A program made the position numbers and the translations under genes. A stretch of 63,518 nucleotides of DNA, counting the filler, from Bigelowiella natans CCMP2755 (Eukaryota > Protista > Cercozoa), in assembly GCA_000320545.1 (NCBI GenBank). It is 7 parts of 7 records of this genome, joined end to end, with 100 filler letters (N's around TTAATTAATTAA, not from the genome) between each part and the next. Parts side by side here need not be neighbours in the genome. Positions count along the whole stretch, not along the records: positions 10,940 to 29,371 come from ADNK01003244.1; positions 29,472 to 44,064 come from ADNK01003577.1; 5 more parts are not named here. One strand, 5' to 3'. The notes beneath the pieces were generated by a model that was given only the letters and a program-made list of their open reading frames with translations, searched no databases and was not told the origin of the DNA. Within the stretch, counting starts at the first letter, position 1. The number at the start of each line of letters is the position of its first letter. Below are positions 18,090 through 29,734 of the stretch, piece after piece.

Positions 18090-19052
18090 CAAGGGGGTTT
18101 CACTCCCCCGGTTTTTGGTCCGCATCATGCTCGGCGGTTTTGCCCCGGCGTCAGCCGGGAAAATTTTTCGATTTCACCCAAAAAAATGCAAATTTTGTTC
18201 AAATTCCTCAATGTTTTCTTCAAAAACCATCCACAAAGTGTCCAGTGAAATTGCCGAAGATGCACATTGGCGGAACTCTTGGCATCGTGTCACTGGGATG
18301 TCTCAGATGTGCCCAACCCACTTCCCTGGCGCATGCAGATTTGATCAATGCTTTGTTCATCATTCATTGTTCATCATTCCCGCCCTTTCTGGCTTTCCAT
18401 CGATGTGTGCACCAGCGTGTGTGACTGATCACGTGCGCAGCGTCGATCATTCAGTCGTACGCGACGTCGCGACGTGTCTAGCTTCAATTTGATGATTAAG
18501 TGACAAGTGTGCATCAGAGTGGGAAGCTGTGAGTGCTTGCGTGCGCGCGCGCTGGGCACGCACAAAGTGTGCCAGTGTGCGCCATCGCGTCCACACGTCT
18601 TGCTCGTGCGTCCAATCCCAAGCAGCTCTGGAGCTGCGCGTCGCGCATCACATCCAGCTTCATTGATTGCCGCATCGGCACTGTGCAGGCCGCTAGGAGC
18701 CACACATCGAAAACTCACCAAAGTCAAAACCACCAAAAAAAAGCAATTTTTTGGCGCGGAAACGTTCAATTTTGCGAATTTTGGAGTGGAACTTCTGGAG
18801 ATGACGGAGTCACTCTTGACACGGCCTCTGAGCATGTTTTTTACGAGCCAACGCGCAAAGGGGACCCTTTCCGCGGCACCCAAAGTTTTTGCCCTCGATT
18901 TTTTTCCTTGAAAATCCACTTTTTTGCACACCTTTCTGGACAATTCTGGACCTTCTCACACGTCCAGAAGTCTTCTGTGGTGCTTCGGAAGAAGTTTGGA
19001 TTGGATTCCGAGGATGACACGGACCAAAACCCGGGGGAGTGAATCCCCCTTG
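18090..19052. mobile_element. Non-autonomous DNA transposon (MITE-like, 963 bp) with 45-bp TIRs and 9-bp TSD
   Basis: Left TIR 18090-18134 CAAGGGGGTTTCACTCCCCCGGTTTTTGGTCCGCATCATGCTCGG matches the reverse complement of 19008-19052 at 40/45 positions. Direct repeats ACTGCGAGG (18081-18089) and ACTACGAGG (19053-19061) flank it. No transposase recognised. A 9-bp TSD is typical of Mutator-like elements (inference). Confidence 0.88.
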
Positions 19053-19694
19053 ACTACGAGGGCTGGTGCTAGTGACATGGTGGGATTAGGGCCTCTCTGT
19101 TCACATCCACTTTCACCTGTGTTTCTAGATAGCGACAGCCTATTTCACCTAAATCGCCTAGTCGCAGGTTCAAAAATTGTTCCTAAACTTTTTCTTGCAG
19201 TCGAAGACTGAACTCGCTGTAACTCATCGCATCCATTAGGATGATTATTAGTAGCGCGAGCTGAGACAAAAATATGAACAAAAATGATTCTACTCGTAAA
19301 AACTTTTTAGAAAGTTTTTTTGGAATAAATCCATGGAAATTGCCTAAACCTGGTTCATGTAGACCAATGGATCTACCAAGTGGAATGTTGCTTTATTAGT
19401 ATTATTTTTGTCGAAGCTCGAACCCAAAAAATATTCACTTCCTAGGACTTCAGGACCATGACTTCTCTGCACTTTTCGCACCCCGAAAATCCTGCCGTTA
19501 TAATGGTTTTTTGGTCCACATTTTGGCCAAATTGTGCGTAAAATTATGGATGTAAGGCATCTCTAGGGTGCGACATGGGAATTTAATGTCTCAAGCTAGT
19601 AAATTTGATTTTTTTAGGCAATTTGAATTGCGCGGAAACGTCTGTTAGATCTAGATCTGCGCCTTGAACCGTTTCTCCCGCTCAATTCAACAAA

Positions 19695-20336
19695 ATGGGG
19701 TGCAGCGCATCGAAGAAGGAAAAGTTTGATGTATATAAGGGACGCAAGGTCAAGATGGTCTTTGTTGGAACCGATATCAATCGGAATGAGTACTTCTTTG
19801 GCCAAGGACTTGAGTATACAGGTTTCCCACGCGAAGTCAAACTTTGCGGGGTGAATGTTGAGCCTCATTTACCAGAGGGGGAAGTTGAGAAAAACGCGGC
19901 GACATATGCGCAGGCATATACGTATGCAAACGTCGTTGTTCTCATGTACAACTGCGGTTCGCAAAAGTCCTTTGAAGCTGCTGCGTCTTACTGGCCCGAA
20001 CAGCTCAAAAAGGCAAGTTTCTTTTTGTCTTAGATTGCATGCAATTACCAGAAGATTCTACACATATGTCTTGTCTGTTTTAGTAGCATGGTTTGGTAGA
20101 TGCTGTAGGAGTACAATGTGTGAATTGGAGACCAATATTATGACCAGGTGGGACTAGCCAATCTGGTGCTCCTCGGGATGGAGAACTCGGAGTCGAAAAG
20201 GAATGAGGCCGAAGCAAAGGAATTATGCGAAAAGCATGGTTTCGCAGGTCCATTCTTTGCCAATAAGGATGATGGTGAGAGTTGCACAAAGAGCTTCCAC
20301 GACATACTGACCTATCTCGCTGATCATTTCCAGTGA
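19695..20336 (+). CDS. Degenerate Ras-superfamily-like protein (probable pseudo-GTPase) with N-terminal acylation motif; 2 exons (19695-20012, 20148-20336), GC-AG intron
   Basis: MGCSAS start; KVKMVFVG, AYTYANVVVLMYNCGSQKSFE..YW..L, NLVLLG, EAEAKELCEKHG and final SF.DIL helix follow the small-GTPase fold order, but the G1/G3/G4 consensus is missing. Phase-0 intron AG|GCAAGT...ACCAG|G. Confidence 0.65.
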
Positions 20337-20499
20337 ACGGAGAGTTCTGGGGGGTGATGTTACAATCAGTAGGCTGATCAGGGGTGCAAGTGCATCAAAA
20401 CCCCAAGCAGAAAGGAACATGCCTAAAAAAACTGCCAGAAACCCAGCAGTTTTCAGCAAACTCTTTTGAGCACATTTGAGTCCCATTTGTTTTAATCAC

Positions 20500-20575
20500 A
20501 GCGATTGTCATCCGAATGTAGCCATTCAAATCGGTAGCTGCGCATCTAGATTGTGCTGGTTTGTTGCTTTCTTAA
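20500..20575 (-). mobile_element. Highly degenerate LINE 3'-end fragment
   Basis: Reverse complement reads KATNQHNLDA / (frameshift) LNGYIRMTI versus family KETNRYNLSAVAAALHSYIRMTI. Confidence 0.5.
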
Positions 20576-21633
20576 TCCCGGGTGCTGGTCCCGGCGGTGC
20601 CTGTGGAGGTGTTCCTCCTCCTTCCTTAGCGTCCGTATCGCCCTTCCTTTCCTGTTTCTGCTCGTGCCCTTGCACGGCCTGCGAGCCAAAGTCCTGCTGT
20701 TCTTCTAGCTGCTGTGACATTGTTAGTCAAATCGTTTCCCGTGTGTGGAAGCCAAAGGTTGTTGCGCGTAAGGTGTTCACAGGCCGAGGCGCTACGTGCA
20801 CAAGTAGGCAGGGGGGGGGAAAGGCACGTTTGCTTCCTTTTGAAGAGTTGTGTTTATTTTTATTAAAGATTATATTTTTATTAAATCGTGCACTGCGTAA
20901 TCATTCGCGAAGCTTTCGCGAATGCCGCCGCACGTGGGGCAGCACACTTCCGGTGTGCTGCCATGAGTCCCGCCGGAACCCACGTGCCCATGCTGTATTA
21001 ATATCTACGTTATCTATATTCTATATCCGCGACAACCCCTTTGTTGTCGCACGTGACTTGTGCCCGCGTAGTGGTACGCGCTACAGCTGTGCGCGTGCGT
21101 GCTCGCGTTACTTCACATAAATATGCAGTTTCTGTGTTGTACACTACTGGACTAGAGCTGTAGCTTCAGTCTAGCAGTGTAAATGTTTACAGCGCTGTGT
21201 ATCGTACATTGTTGTGCACAATGAGAAGTAATATATATGTCTTCGCAAACTGCTGCTACGCGCACAGTTAATAAATGACTGCCCTCTTGCGCTAGCTTAT
21301 TATATTCCATGCAGCGATAGACCATCAGAAACTGCAAGGCAGCTTGTTTTTGTTCAAAGAAAAGGCACGCTCTAGCTCTATACCATGCATGATGATGCGA
21401 CTGTACGCTAAGCATATAGCAGACATGCACACAAAACGTCAAAGTTATGATGCTGCTACGTCAGCACATGATCATTGTGTAAAAATAAGGGCGATCGCCA
21501 TGCATAGCTAGATGGCGGCTTCATGCTAGTATGGACGCAGCGACAACATACATAACAATTAATTAACAATCAATCGTTATGCATGGTTGTCGCATCGATC
21601 ACTGTTTGATCGAGTAGACACAAGCGAGCGGCC

Positions 21634-21667
<34 letters not shown>

Positions 21668-21668
21668 C

Positions 21669-21724
<56 letters not shown>

Positions 21725-21777
21725 GGAATTCTGCGAGCATCAGCATTAAACAGCGACGCATTTTTATGCCCGGTCTC

Positions 21778-22748
21778 CTATTTCGAAACATCAGACTTGG
21801 TCGTCGTCGTCGTCGTCGCTGTCGTCTTCTGGCTGTGGGCGTTGTTGTCGCTGTTGTTGGCTCCGCAGTCTTTTGCATTTTTAAGCTGGATCTGCCACAG
21901 CTTCACGGTGAAATCATCCGATACTGAGGCAAGCGTTCGAGAATGCTGTTTCACCACCAAAACCCCGCAAAACATCGCGTTCTGTGTCAACGAATCCTGC
22001 TGGGTTCTTCCAAAAAAGAAAGACACGAAAGGCACGGCGAGCGGGCCTCCTTCTTCTTGCTATGCATCTCTCCCCTACCTTCGGATTCCATCGGACAGAA
22101 TTCACGTCTTGCTTGTGCGCGAGCTTCAGCATCTGCGAGGAGGAGGAGGAGGGGAGGAGGAGATCAAGAGGAGATGGCGTGATAATAATATACAGCGGGT
22201 TGGGACCGCGGCGAAGCAAGAATATGTTTTATTATCTTTACTCACGCCGGTTTATACGTAGCAATACCCACGGGAAAAACCCATACAATGGCTCGGAGCT
22301 GCTGCAAACTCACCGCCATCAATTCTAGCTGCGGAGTCGCTCTTTCCTTCCGTTTATTCTCCTCAGAGGAGGCCCCCGAGCAGCCTGCACGGCGAGGGGC
22401 AAACACGACGTCAATGCGAAGCGCTACGCGAAGGGAAAACAGCGGCGATTTCTCGCCACAACGGAGTTTTTGACAAGTAGCAGTCTCGCGCACCACCACC
22501 ACGCTTACCCTGCATTGGGGTCGTCGATTCTAATGCTGGTGATTTCACATCGCCCGTCTCGTCAGTCGCTGCATGCGTGCCCCCCCCCCCACCCTCGTCA
22601 ACTTCCATGGAGTCGTCCGTTTGCCCCTTCGAGGCGCTCTTTCTGTCGTCGATCTTGCGCTTCTTTTCGGAGCCTAGAGAGGGGAGTTCGGCGAATACCT
22701 ACGCGCACACGCATAGACACACACGCGCGCGCGCGTGAAAATAAATAA

Positions 22749-22785
<37 letters not shown>

Positions 22786-23030
22786 TATTTATATGTTTTG
22801 TTATATGCTGTATAATTCATTTAATCGTTTGGATTTATAGGTATATCACATACATCACGATGGCATCAGAAGAATGTCGAGGTAATAACGTAAACAACAC
22901 CACACAACAATACCCGTATGCTGTTATCGCCAGATGCGACGGCAATGTATCTGCCAAGTCAGAGAGCGGTGTGTTTGCATTAAATATGAAATACGAATCT
23001 CCTTTTCTCCCCACTCTGCCCCAGAGAGAG

Positions 23031-23068
<38 letters not shown>

Positions 23069-23636
23069 GGAGAGAGAGAGAGAGAGGAGGGGGGGGAGAA
23101 AAAAGGAGGCATGCAAAAGGAGAATAGCTTTAGCATTTATCAACATCATACCCATCCTTTGACCAATCAACCCCGTACAACGTCCTGCATCCAACCTAAT
23201 GGTGATATCGACAACGAAGATGTGCTGATGACGACATGCCAAATTATACACACACGCACACACGCACACACACACACACACACACAAGCATTCATGCAGC
23301 ATCGATCTCCTAAGAGAGCCATATAGCATTCAAGACATGACGACCGGTGTGATGCTTTCCGCTTTATACGCTATCGTGAGATCGGACCGAACGCTTTGTG
23401 CTTTTCCACCCGCGCTGCTACTGCTGCTGACGTCAGCGCTGCTGCTACTACTCACATCTTCCCGTACCCACGTCACCAGCGCTTTATCATCGCTGCACGA
23501 TACGAATCGGTCTCCTTTGTTTTTATGCAGAAATAGCAAGAGAAGCGCCGGCTTAGACACGCGCCCAAAAATAGAAATACAACACTGAACAGTAAACACA
23601 AACACAACACCACCCCCCCAAACACATGTGAACCTG

Positions 23637-23678
<42 letters not shown>

Positions 23679-23951
23679 GTTATATAAATAATACACATAT
23701 TCCGAACGTAGATATGCTGTGCGTGTTCTGCTACTACCGTTTGAATTGGGATCGAAAGCAAGCTGCCAGACGGTGGAAGAATGGCCGCCGCTTATCGTAT
23801 GAATGCACATCCAATCGTCGTCGGAGGGATCCTCGATCCTGCAAGAGATGGTGATACTGCACGTGTCACGCCACGCCACTCGCCGCCACTCTCTTAGGAG
23901 GCTGCTTTCAACTAAACCGACGACATATGCGGGGCATATAACCGAAGATTG

Positions 23952-23992
<41 letters not shown>

Positions 23993-24259
23993 GCTCTCTG
24001 CACGAGTAGCCGTGCTCTCAGTGCGTGTAGAAAGATGTGTGCGGAAGAGCAATGGGATGGCGCGCACCTTCCGATAGGGATCCTATGCGCCGCCCCCAAC
24101 CACGCCCCTCTCCCATCTCCCCCCCTCGCATTCCCCTTGTTCTATTCTACTCAATTACCAAATACGAATCGTGTTGTCGTAACTGCACGAGAATAACAAC
24201 GTGCCTGATAGGCGCAAATGTAGGCGAAACCAATAAACACACACACACAAACACACACA

Positions 24260-24296
<37 letters not shown>

Positions 24297-25742
24297 ATAC
24301 AGTCTTCCCACCCCCCCCCCAATCGAAACGAACATCGCCCGGACGAAGAAGCCATCCTAAACCAGCCCCCGCCTCATCATCTACCTCCAAAGCAACACAG
24401 CCGCTATTTCCATCAACAAGGGCGAAGTAAAAGTCGAAAATATCAAGGCGGGCATCACTCCCTTCGCTCGCTATGGCCTCCCCCCCCCCCCCCCCCATTC
24501 CCCCCCGGCATACCGGAAGGGTGCCATTGGATGAACTTCACATCTTGGGTGTGGCCGTTAAGCACAGAGACACACCTGTGCAACGTAAGCGACAGAACAC
24601 ATATAGTACGTTATCCAACCGACGAATGCCGCACACTCTCAATTCCGCATCTCTCTTTGCTTTAGTCTTCATTATCATCATCATCATCATCATGATTCTC
24701 CGTCCATACGCATAGTCGCCGTCCTCCTCGCACTCCCAGATCCATATCGACTTGTCTCGGCTACATGTCGCGATAAGATTGCCGTTCGGCGACCAAGCAA
24801 TGCATTTCACCTGCGAGGAAGAGGCGAGGCGCGTCAGCGAGGCGAAGTATGACCATCATTACAAATGCGTCGTTAAAGCGAAGATAGAGAATGTGAATAT
24901 AAAATGCAATTCGGAGCCGCATCACCTCGTTTGAATGGCCTTCTAACGTCGCAATGACTTCGTAGCCAGATTCAGATTTCTCCCAAATCGCCGCCACCCC
25001 TATTCACAACAGAAGAACGCGAGCAAGCCTGTGTCTGCATCTGGATGTATGCGTACGTTTGTTGCGCGCTGCGGGCATTGAGTACCATCAAAGCCAGCAC
25101 TTGCGAGGTAGTTTCCGCAAGGGGACCACGTCACATTCCTCACCTGCGATGTCACAGCAAAGGCAAGAGAGCTATATGTGATGACGGCATAGTGCTAAAG
25201 TTGTCTTCGCACGCGCTGTGGGCGGAAGTGCCGTGTTTGTACACGTGCAGGTGTTCGGGATTTTGCGATTTCGATAGTGTAAAGCTGCAGTCACGATACC
25301 CCTCCTTCCCCCCCCTCTCCCCCTTTCCTCTCGCACACATCTAGGAGTATCACCGTCCGCGTATGGGCCCCATCGAGAACTTGTAGCAGCGTCCACATTC
25401 CTATGCACCCAACGCGAAGCAATCGTGTCATTTCAAGTAAAAGGGGAAGGCGCGTATAAGAACTAGAAGACTCTGTATCCCTGTGGAGAAGCTCACCAGT
25501 GCTATCTTTAGTCCAGAGGCGGATGGTTTTATCGCCGCCACAGGTCGCCAGTCGGGATCCATTTGCGTCCCACGCCTTCGACGTGTAGGGGTACATCAAA
25601 TAGACACTCGATCGAAAAGCTATGATTACGTTACCGCACTCCATACGCGGTCTTCATGGCCCTTCAAAGTCGCTCTAAGCGCCAGAACCTCTGTGCGTGC
25701 CCCCTCCTGCTTCGGCTTCGGCGCCTCAATTCGATCCTCCAT
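21778..25742 (-). CDS. CIAO1: Cytosolic iron-sulfur assembly WD40 protein CIA1/CIAO1, multi-exon
   Basis: [146 protein letters not shown]. Confidence 0.92.
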
Positions 25743-26353
25743 TCAGGCGATACAGAGACTTTTGTGTGTAAGACGACAGCATAAATTCTTTGTCGCAGGT
25801 CAAAAATGGATGTGTTTTAATACAGATTCGTGTTCTCTCTTGATTTTTTTTTTAATACCGTAAAATATCCAAAATTTATGTCGTTTTAAAAAAAGCAAAT
25901 CCAGAATGTTCACAACAAAACGTATACCACTGTTTCCTTTTTTAACCCAAGAAACATGCATACAGCGATTCACCTATTTTTTTGTGGCTATGTATTTGAT
26001 AGCGACAGCCTTATGTCGATGACGCAGCGTGAAATATAGTGGAAAATTGATTCTTTTGATCCGTTACCGATAGAGTTTTCAGCAAGCTTTAGGAATTATT
26101 ATAGAGAAGAGATGCCTTATAATTATTTTCAACTAGTCAAATTAAAATATATTCATTGTCGCAAATACAGTTTATAATGTATTTGGGATAAATATATATA
26201 AAATACGTTCTCTTGGGATCTTACCACCGCCCCCAAATACTGGCGTTTCCCCTGCACTCTCTCTCCCCCCCCTTCCGAGATCCCTTGGTGGAGCCTTTAT
26301 CCTCTCAGCATCGTATCTGTGACCGTGCATATACGTGTAGTAGAGAGCGAGTA
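25743..26353. promoter_or_regulatory. AT-rich divergent (head-to-head) promoter region between CIAO1 and CFAP65
   Basis: Positional only: ~610 bp between opposing start codons; no specific motif identified. Confidence 0.4.
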
Positions 26354-27498
26354 ATGTCGGAGGAATTTCTGAAAACGATGAGCCTGACTCGCAAGGCGAG
26401 GACGGAAAAGGTTGTGACGAAATCAGCGCATGCCTAACGATCCAACCACACCTGATGTTTTCCACACGGCCCAACGACGAACAATTAGATCCCATCTGAT
26501 ATTTCAACAATTTTAGTTTGGAATCGACGTTCAAAGTGGGCTAGTGTGGAAGAATTGGACGATAGGTATTGTAGCATGAAGCTTACGAGCACAGATAGAA
26601 ATGAGCTGAAGTTCTTGCAGTAATATTGTCACTGAGCTGTTGATACCTCCAGGCGGAGAATACGATCGAAAATTGACTATCAGAAATGCTTCCAACGAGA
26701 TCCTGAATATCAAGTAAACTTTGCTTGGTTTGCATACGTGAAACGAGCAGCGTATAAACCCTTCCCTCGTGACTTTTGTAATCAGATACGTGCTGCCATC
26801 TACAAAGTTCTTTTACATGAAATACCCAGAGATTGTCAAACTTAGTCCCGGTGAGTAGTGTCAGCGTAATCTGCCAACACGATTGAACACCGTCCTGCAT
26901 CATACTCAATGAAACGACTACTGTTTTGCATGCGAGAAACGAGCCGCCGACACGGTTTCCTTATAGAAGTAGGGGGCAAATGATTCAACTGCATGCATTT
27001 CAAAACAGGTATGGCAAGGACGTTCACTGTCAAATTTCGCCCCATCAAATTCGAAGAATACCACGATTACGTGGCGGTCGAGACGAAGTATGGCTCTTTT
27101 GCAGTCAAGGTGCACACGTGTACATACAACATTGTTACGGGTTCATGCACGTTCTGATACGTCTCTGTTGATGTGTACACACGAGTAAATTTCTATTTGA
27201 TAACGATTCACGGCGCATGATGAAACATCCTTCCACCACTTCAAAATCAATTTTCCTGAGCGACTTGGCCAAGCTAACTCACTGCCGAAGACATCGCTTT
27301 AAATACTCTCCTGTGTAATCCCAATATCCACAACATGATGTTGCTCTGGCACCGTAGGTCTCCGCATATCTCCCTAAAATCTCCATTGTAACGCCCACGG
27401 AGATCGATTTTCAATACTGCCCCGCCAAGGAGGTGACTACAGTGCCCTTCGTGATCGCAAATAACGGTACTCTCTCTCTCTCTCTCTCTCTTTATATA

Positions 27499-27542
<44 letters not shown>

Positions 27543-27762
27543 TTATACGTGCCGCAAGTTTGCATTTGAGCGATGGATATCCATTCGAGCGGGTGTGTAG
27601 CTTCCAATTTTTTTGCTAAGCGCGCCTTCCGATCGCAATTTGTTAGGGGACATGGAGTCCTCTTTTAGATGGGAAATACATCCTCTATTCACCGTAGAAC
27701 CTATAGAATCATATACTTGTGCGCACGCGCGCGCGCGCGCGCGCGCGCGCATTTTTATTAAA

Positions 27763-27804
<42 letters not shown>

Positions 27805-28008
27805 TACATAATATGTGTGTGGGCGTGCGCGCGCGAGAGCGCGCTTGGGTGTGTCTAATATGAGAGATTTAGCTTGGTATTAGTCCTCATTTTGCTTTTG
27901 GTGAACGTACAGGACAAAAACAAGAAGCTTTGGTTAGCTTTGCGCCCTCTAATGCTGCGGCATTCAATTGCTCCATGGGTTGTGACTTTGAATGACAAAA
28001 ATGCAAAC

Positions 28009-28053
<45 letters not shown>

Positions 28054-28222
28054 ATAGATAATGGTAAATAGAAGACCATTCTCTAGATCGGTGGAGCAAA
28101 TCGAGCAGTTTTCTCAACGCTTATCGTAAACTTGACAGTACTCGTTACCAAACCGGGAAATCGCTACGAGACGAAATTGAAGGTACGTGATGAGGCGAAA
28201 AGGAAGAGCGACACACACGTAC

Positions 28223-28258
<36 letters not shown>

Positions 28259-29371
28259 GCAAATTTGAACATAATGACATAATCTATCACCTCTGCTGAG
28301 TAAATCTGCAATGTTTCAGGCTGTATCTAAGTTTCCCTTCATCACCTTGGATGTGCAAAAGATGGACTTCAAAGACGTCCTTACGGGGCGCAAAGTGGAG
28401 GTAATACGACCGTATTTTATAGAAGACAACAAGTTGAAAAGGGGAGGGCTGGATGACGCGTCCCATATTGCTTGCGCTTGTAACCTACCCACGAATGTTA
28501 GTTGGAAAGAGTGAGGAGGGGAATGAAGAGATAGATAAATAGAGAGAGAGAGAGAGAGAGAGAGTCACAATATCCTCTTTATATCAGTATATACGTGCTA
28601 ATAAATCTCATCGACGCCGTTTTCACTCCTTTAAACCCGAAATGGTCTCTTCCAACCTCATCAGAGCTACGCTCAATTGCACAATCAAAGCGAAGTTAGG
28701 ACATCCTTCAGGATCAAGCGGGTCGGCAGCGAAGAGATTTTTTTTTTAAAACCGACAAATTTTGTAGCGAAGCTGGCGAAAACCAATGAATCACAGGCGG
28801 GCCACCGTATCCTAAATCTATGCGACTTTTAAGCGAATTCAAAGCCTTAATAATCATCGCTTCATTTCATTTCAGAAATCCTGTCGGTCGCCCCCCTAAC
28901 TCTCACCCCAACCCCCCCCTTACTACCAGGTGGAGAGCGACACGCAGTCTCCATTCGCAGTGTCCACGACGTCAGGAGTCCTTCAGCCGAATCAAAAAAT
29001 CGACCTCAAGATCACGTACGCGCCGGCCTCAACCGGAACCTACAGCAACGACAACTTCCTTGTCACAACTCCTGGTGGACGATAGAACGAAACAGCGACC
29101 ATCCCTCCCCCCCCCCCAAAATCTCGATAGACAATTCTTCGGTCAAAACAAGTGTTATAAGAATATAAGACGACGAAGAAGTATTCGTGTCTTATAATAT
29201 ACATATCACCTAATTTTTATAAGAATCCGTTCGGGAATCCTTTCCCTCGCATTATTGTGCAAAAGGCAAGGGCTTAGCTGCTGGTGAGGCACCACGGAGC
29301 TGAGAAGCTCTTCAACTTTTCGTGCGAAGACTACAATAGCGGAAGTCTTAATCTATTTTCCCTCTATATTA
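26354..29371 (+). CDS. CFAP65: Cilia- and flagella-associated protein 65-like (tandem ASH/PapD-like domains), 5' part, runs into a gap
   Basis: Short exons give FGIDVQSGLVWKNWT.GGEYDRKLTIRN, YVLPSTKFFYMKYPEIVKLSPG, FTVKFRPIKFEEYHDY, IDFQYCPAKE..FVIANNG, DMESSFRWEIHPLFTVEP, MDFKDVLTG, LHNQSEV, ITYAPASTGTYSNDNFLVTTPGG, which resemble the CFAP65 N-terminal domains as I recall them. Missed by the ORF track because the exons are short. Confidence 0.72.
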
Positions 29372-29471
29372 NNNNNNNNNNNNNNNNNNNNNNNNNNNNN
29401 NNNNNNNNNNNNNNNTTAATTAATTAANNNNNNNNNNNNNNNNNNNNNNNNNNNNNNNNNNNNNNNNNNNN

Positions 29472-29685
29472 CACTTCGACTTGAGCTTCCATATGCAGAT
29501 TTTGCGGTCCTCTTCAGAAGATGAAGCCAGGTATGCTCCTGCACGACGAACGATAACACCACACGCAACACATACACATCGTTCCTTCACTCGGCAAGTG
29601 GTAGTGGTTGTTGTTGTTGTTGTTGTTGTGTGTGTGTGTGTGTGTGTGTGTTTGTCTTCAGCAGCGGTATTATATTATGTCGCAA

Positions 29686-29734
<49 letters not shown>

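Noticed and set aside
17660-19042. Overlapping 100-217 aa ORFs on both strands (17839-18492, 18374-18943, 18533-19042) as a transposase or novel gene
   Set aside because: No domain motifs; Cys/His/Val-rich and nearly Tyr-free, explained by loss of TAA/TAG stops in the TA-depleted domain.
19128-19141. 14-mer GATAGCGACAGCCT shared with 25998-26011, both upstream of genes
   Set aside because: A few 14-mer matches are expected by chance in 63 kb and there is no further similarity.
20526-20720. 64-aa ORF MSQQLEEQQ... as a gene
   Set aside because: No family match and its 3' part overlaps a LINE remnant; it may be a truncated gene piece but cannot be supported.
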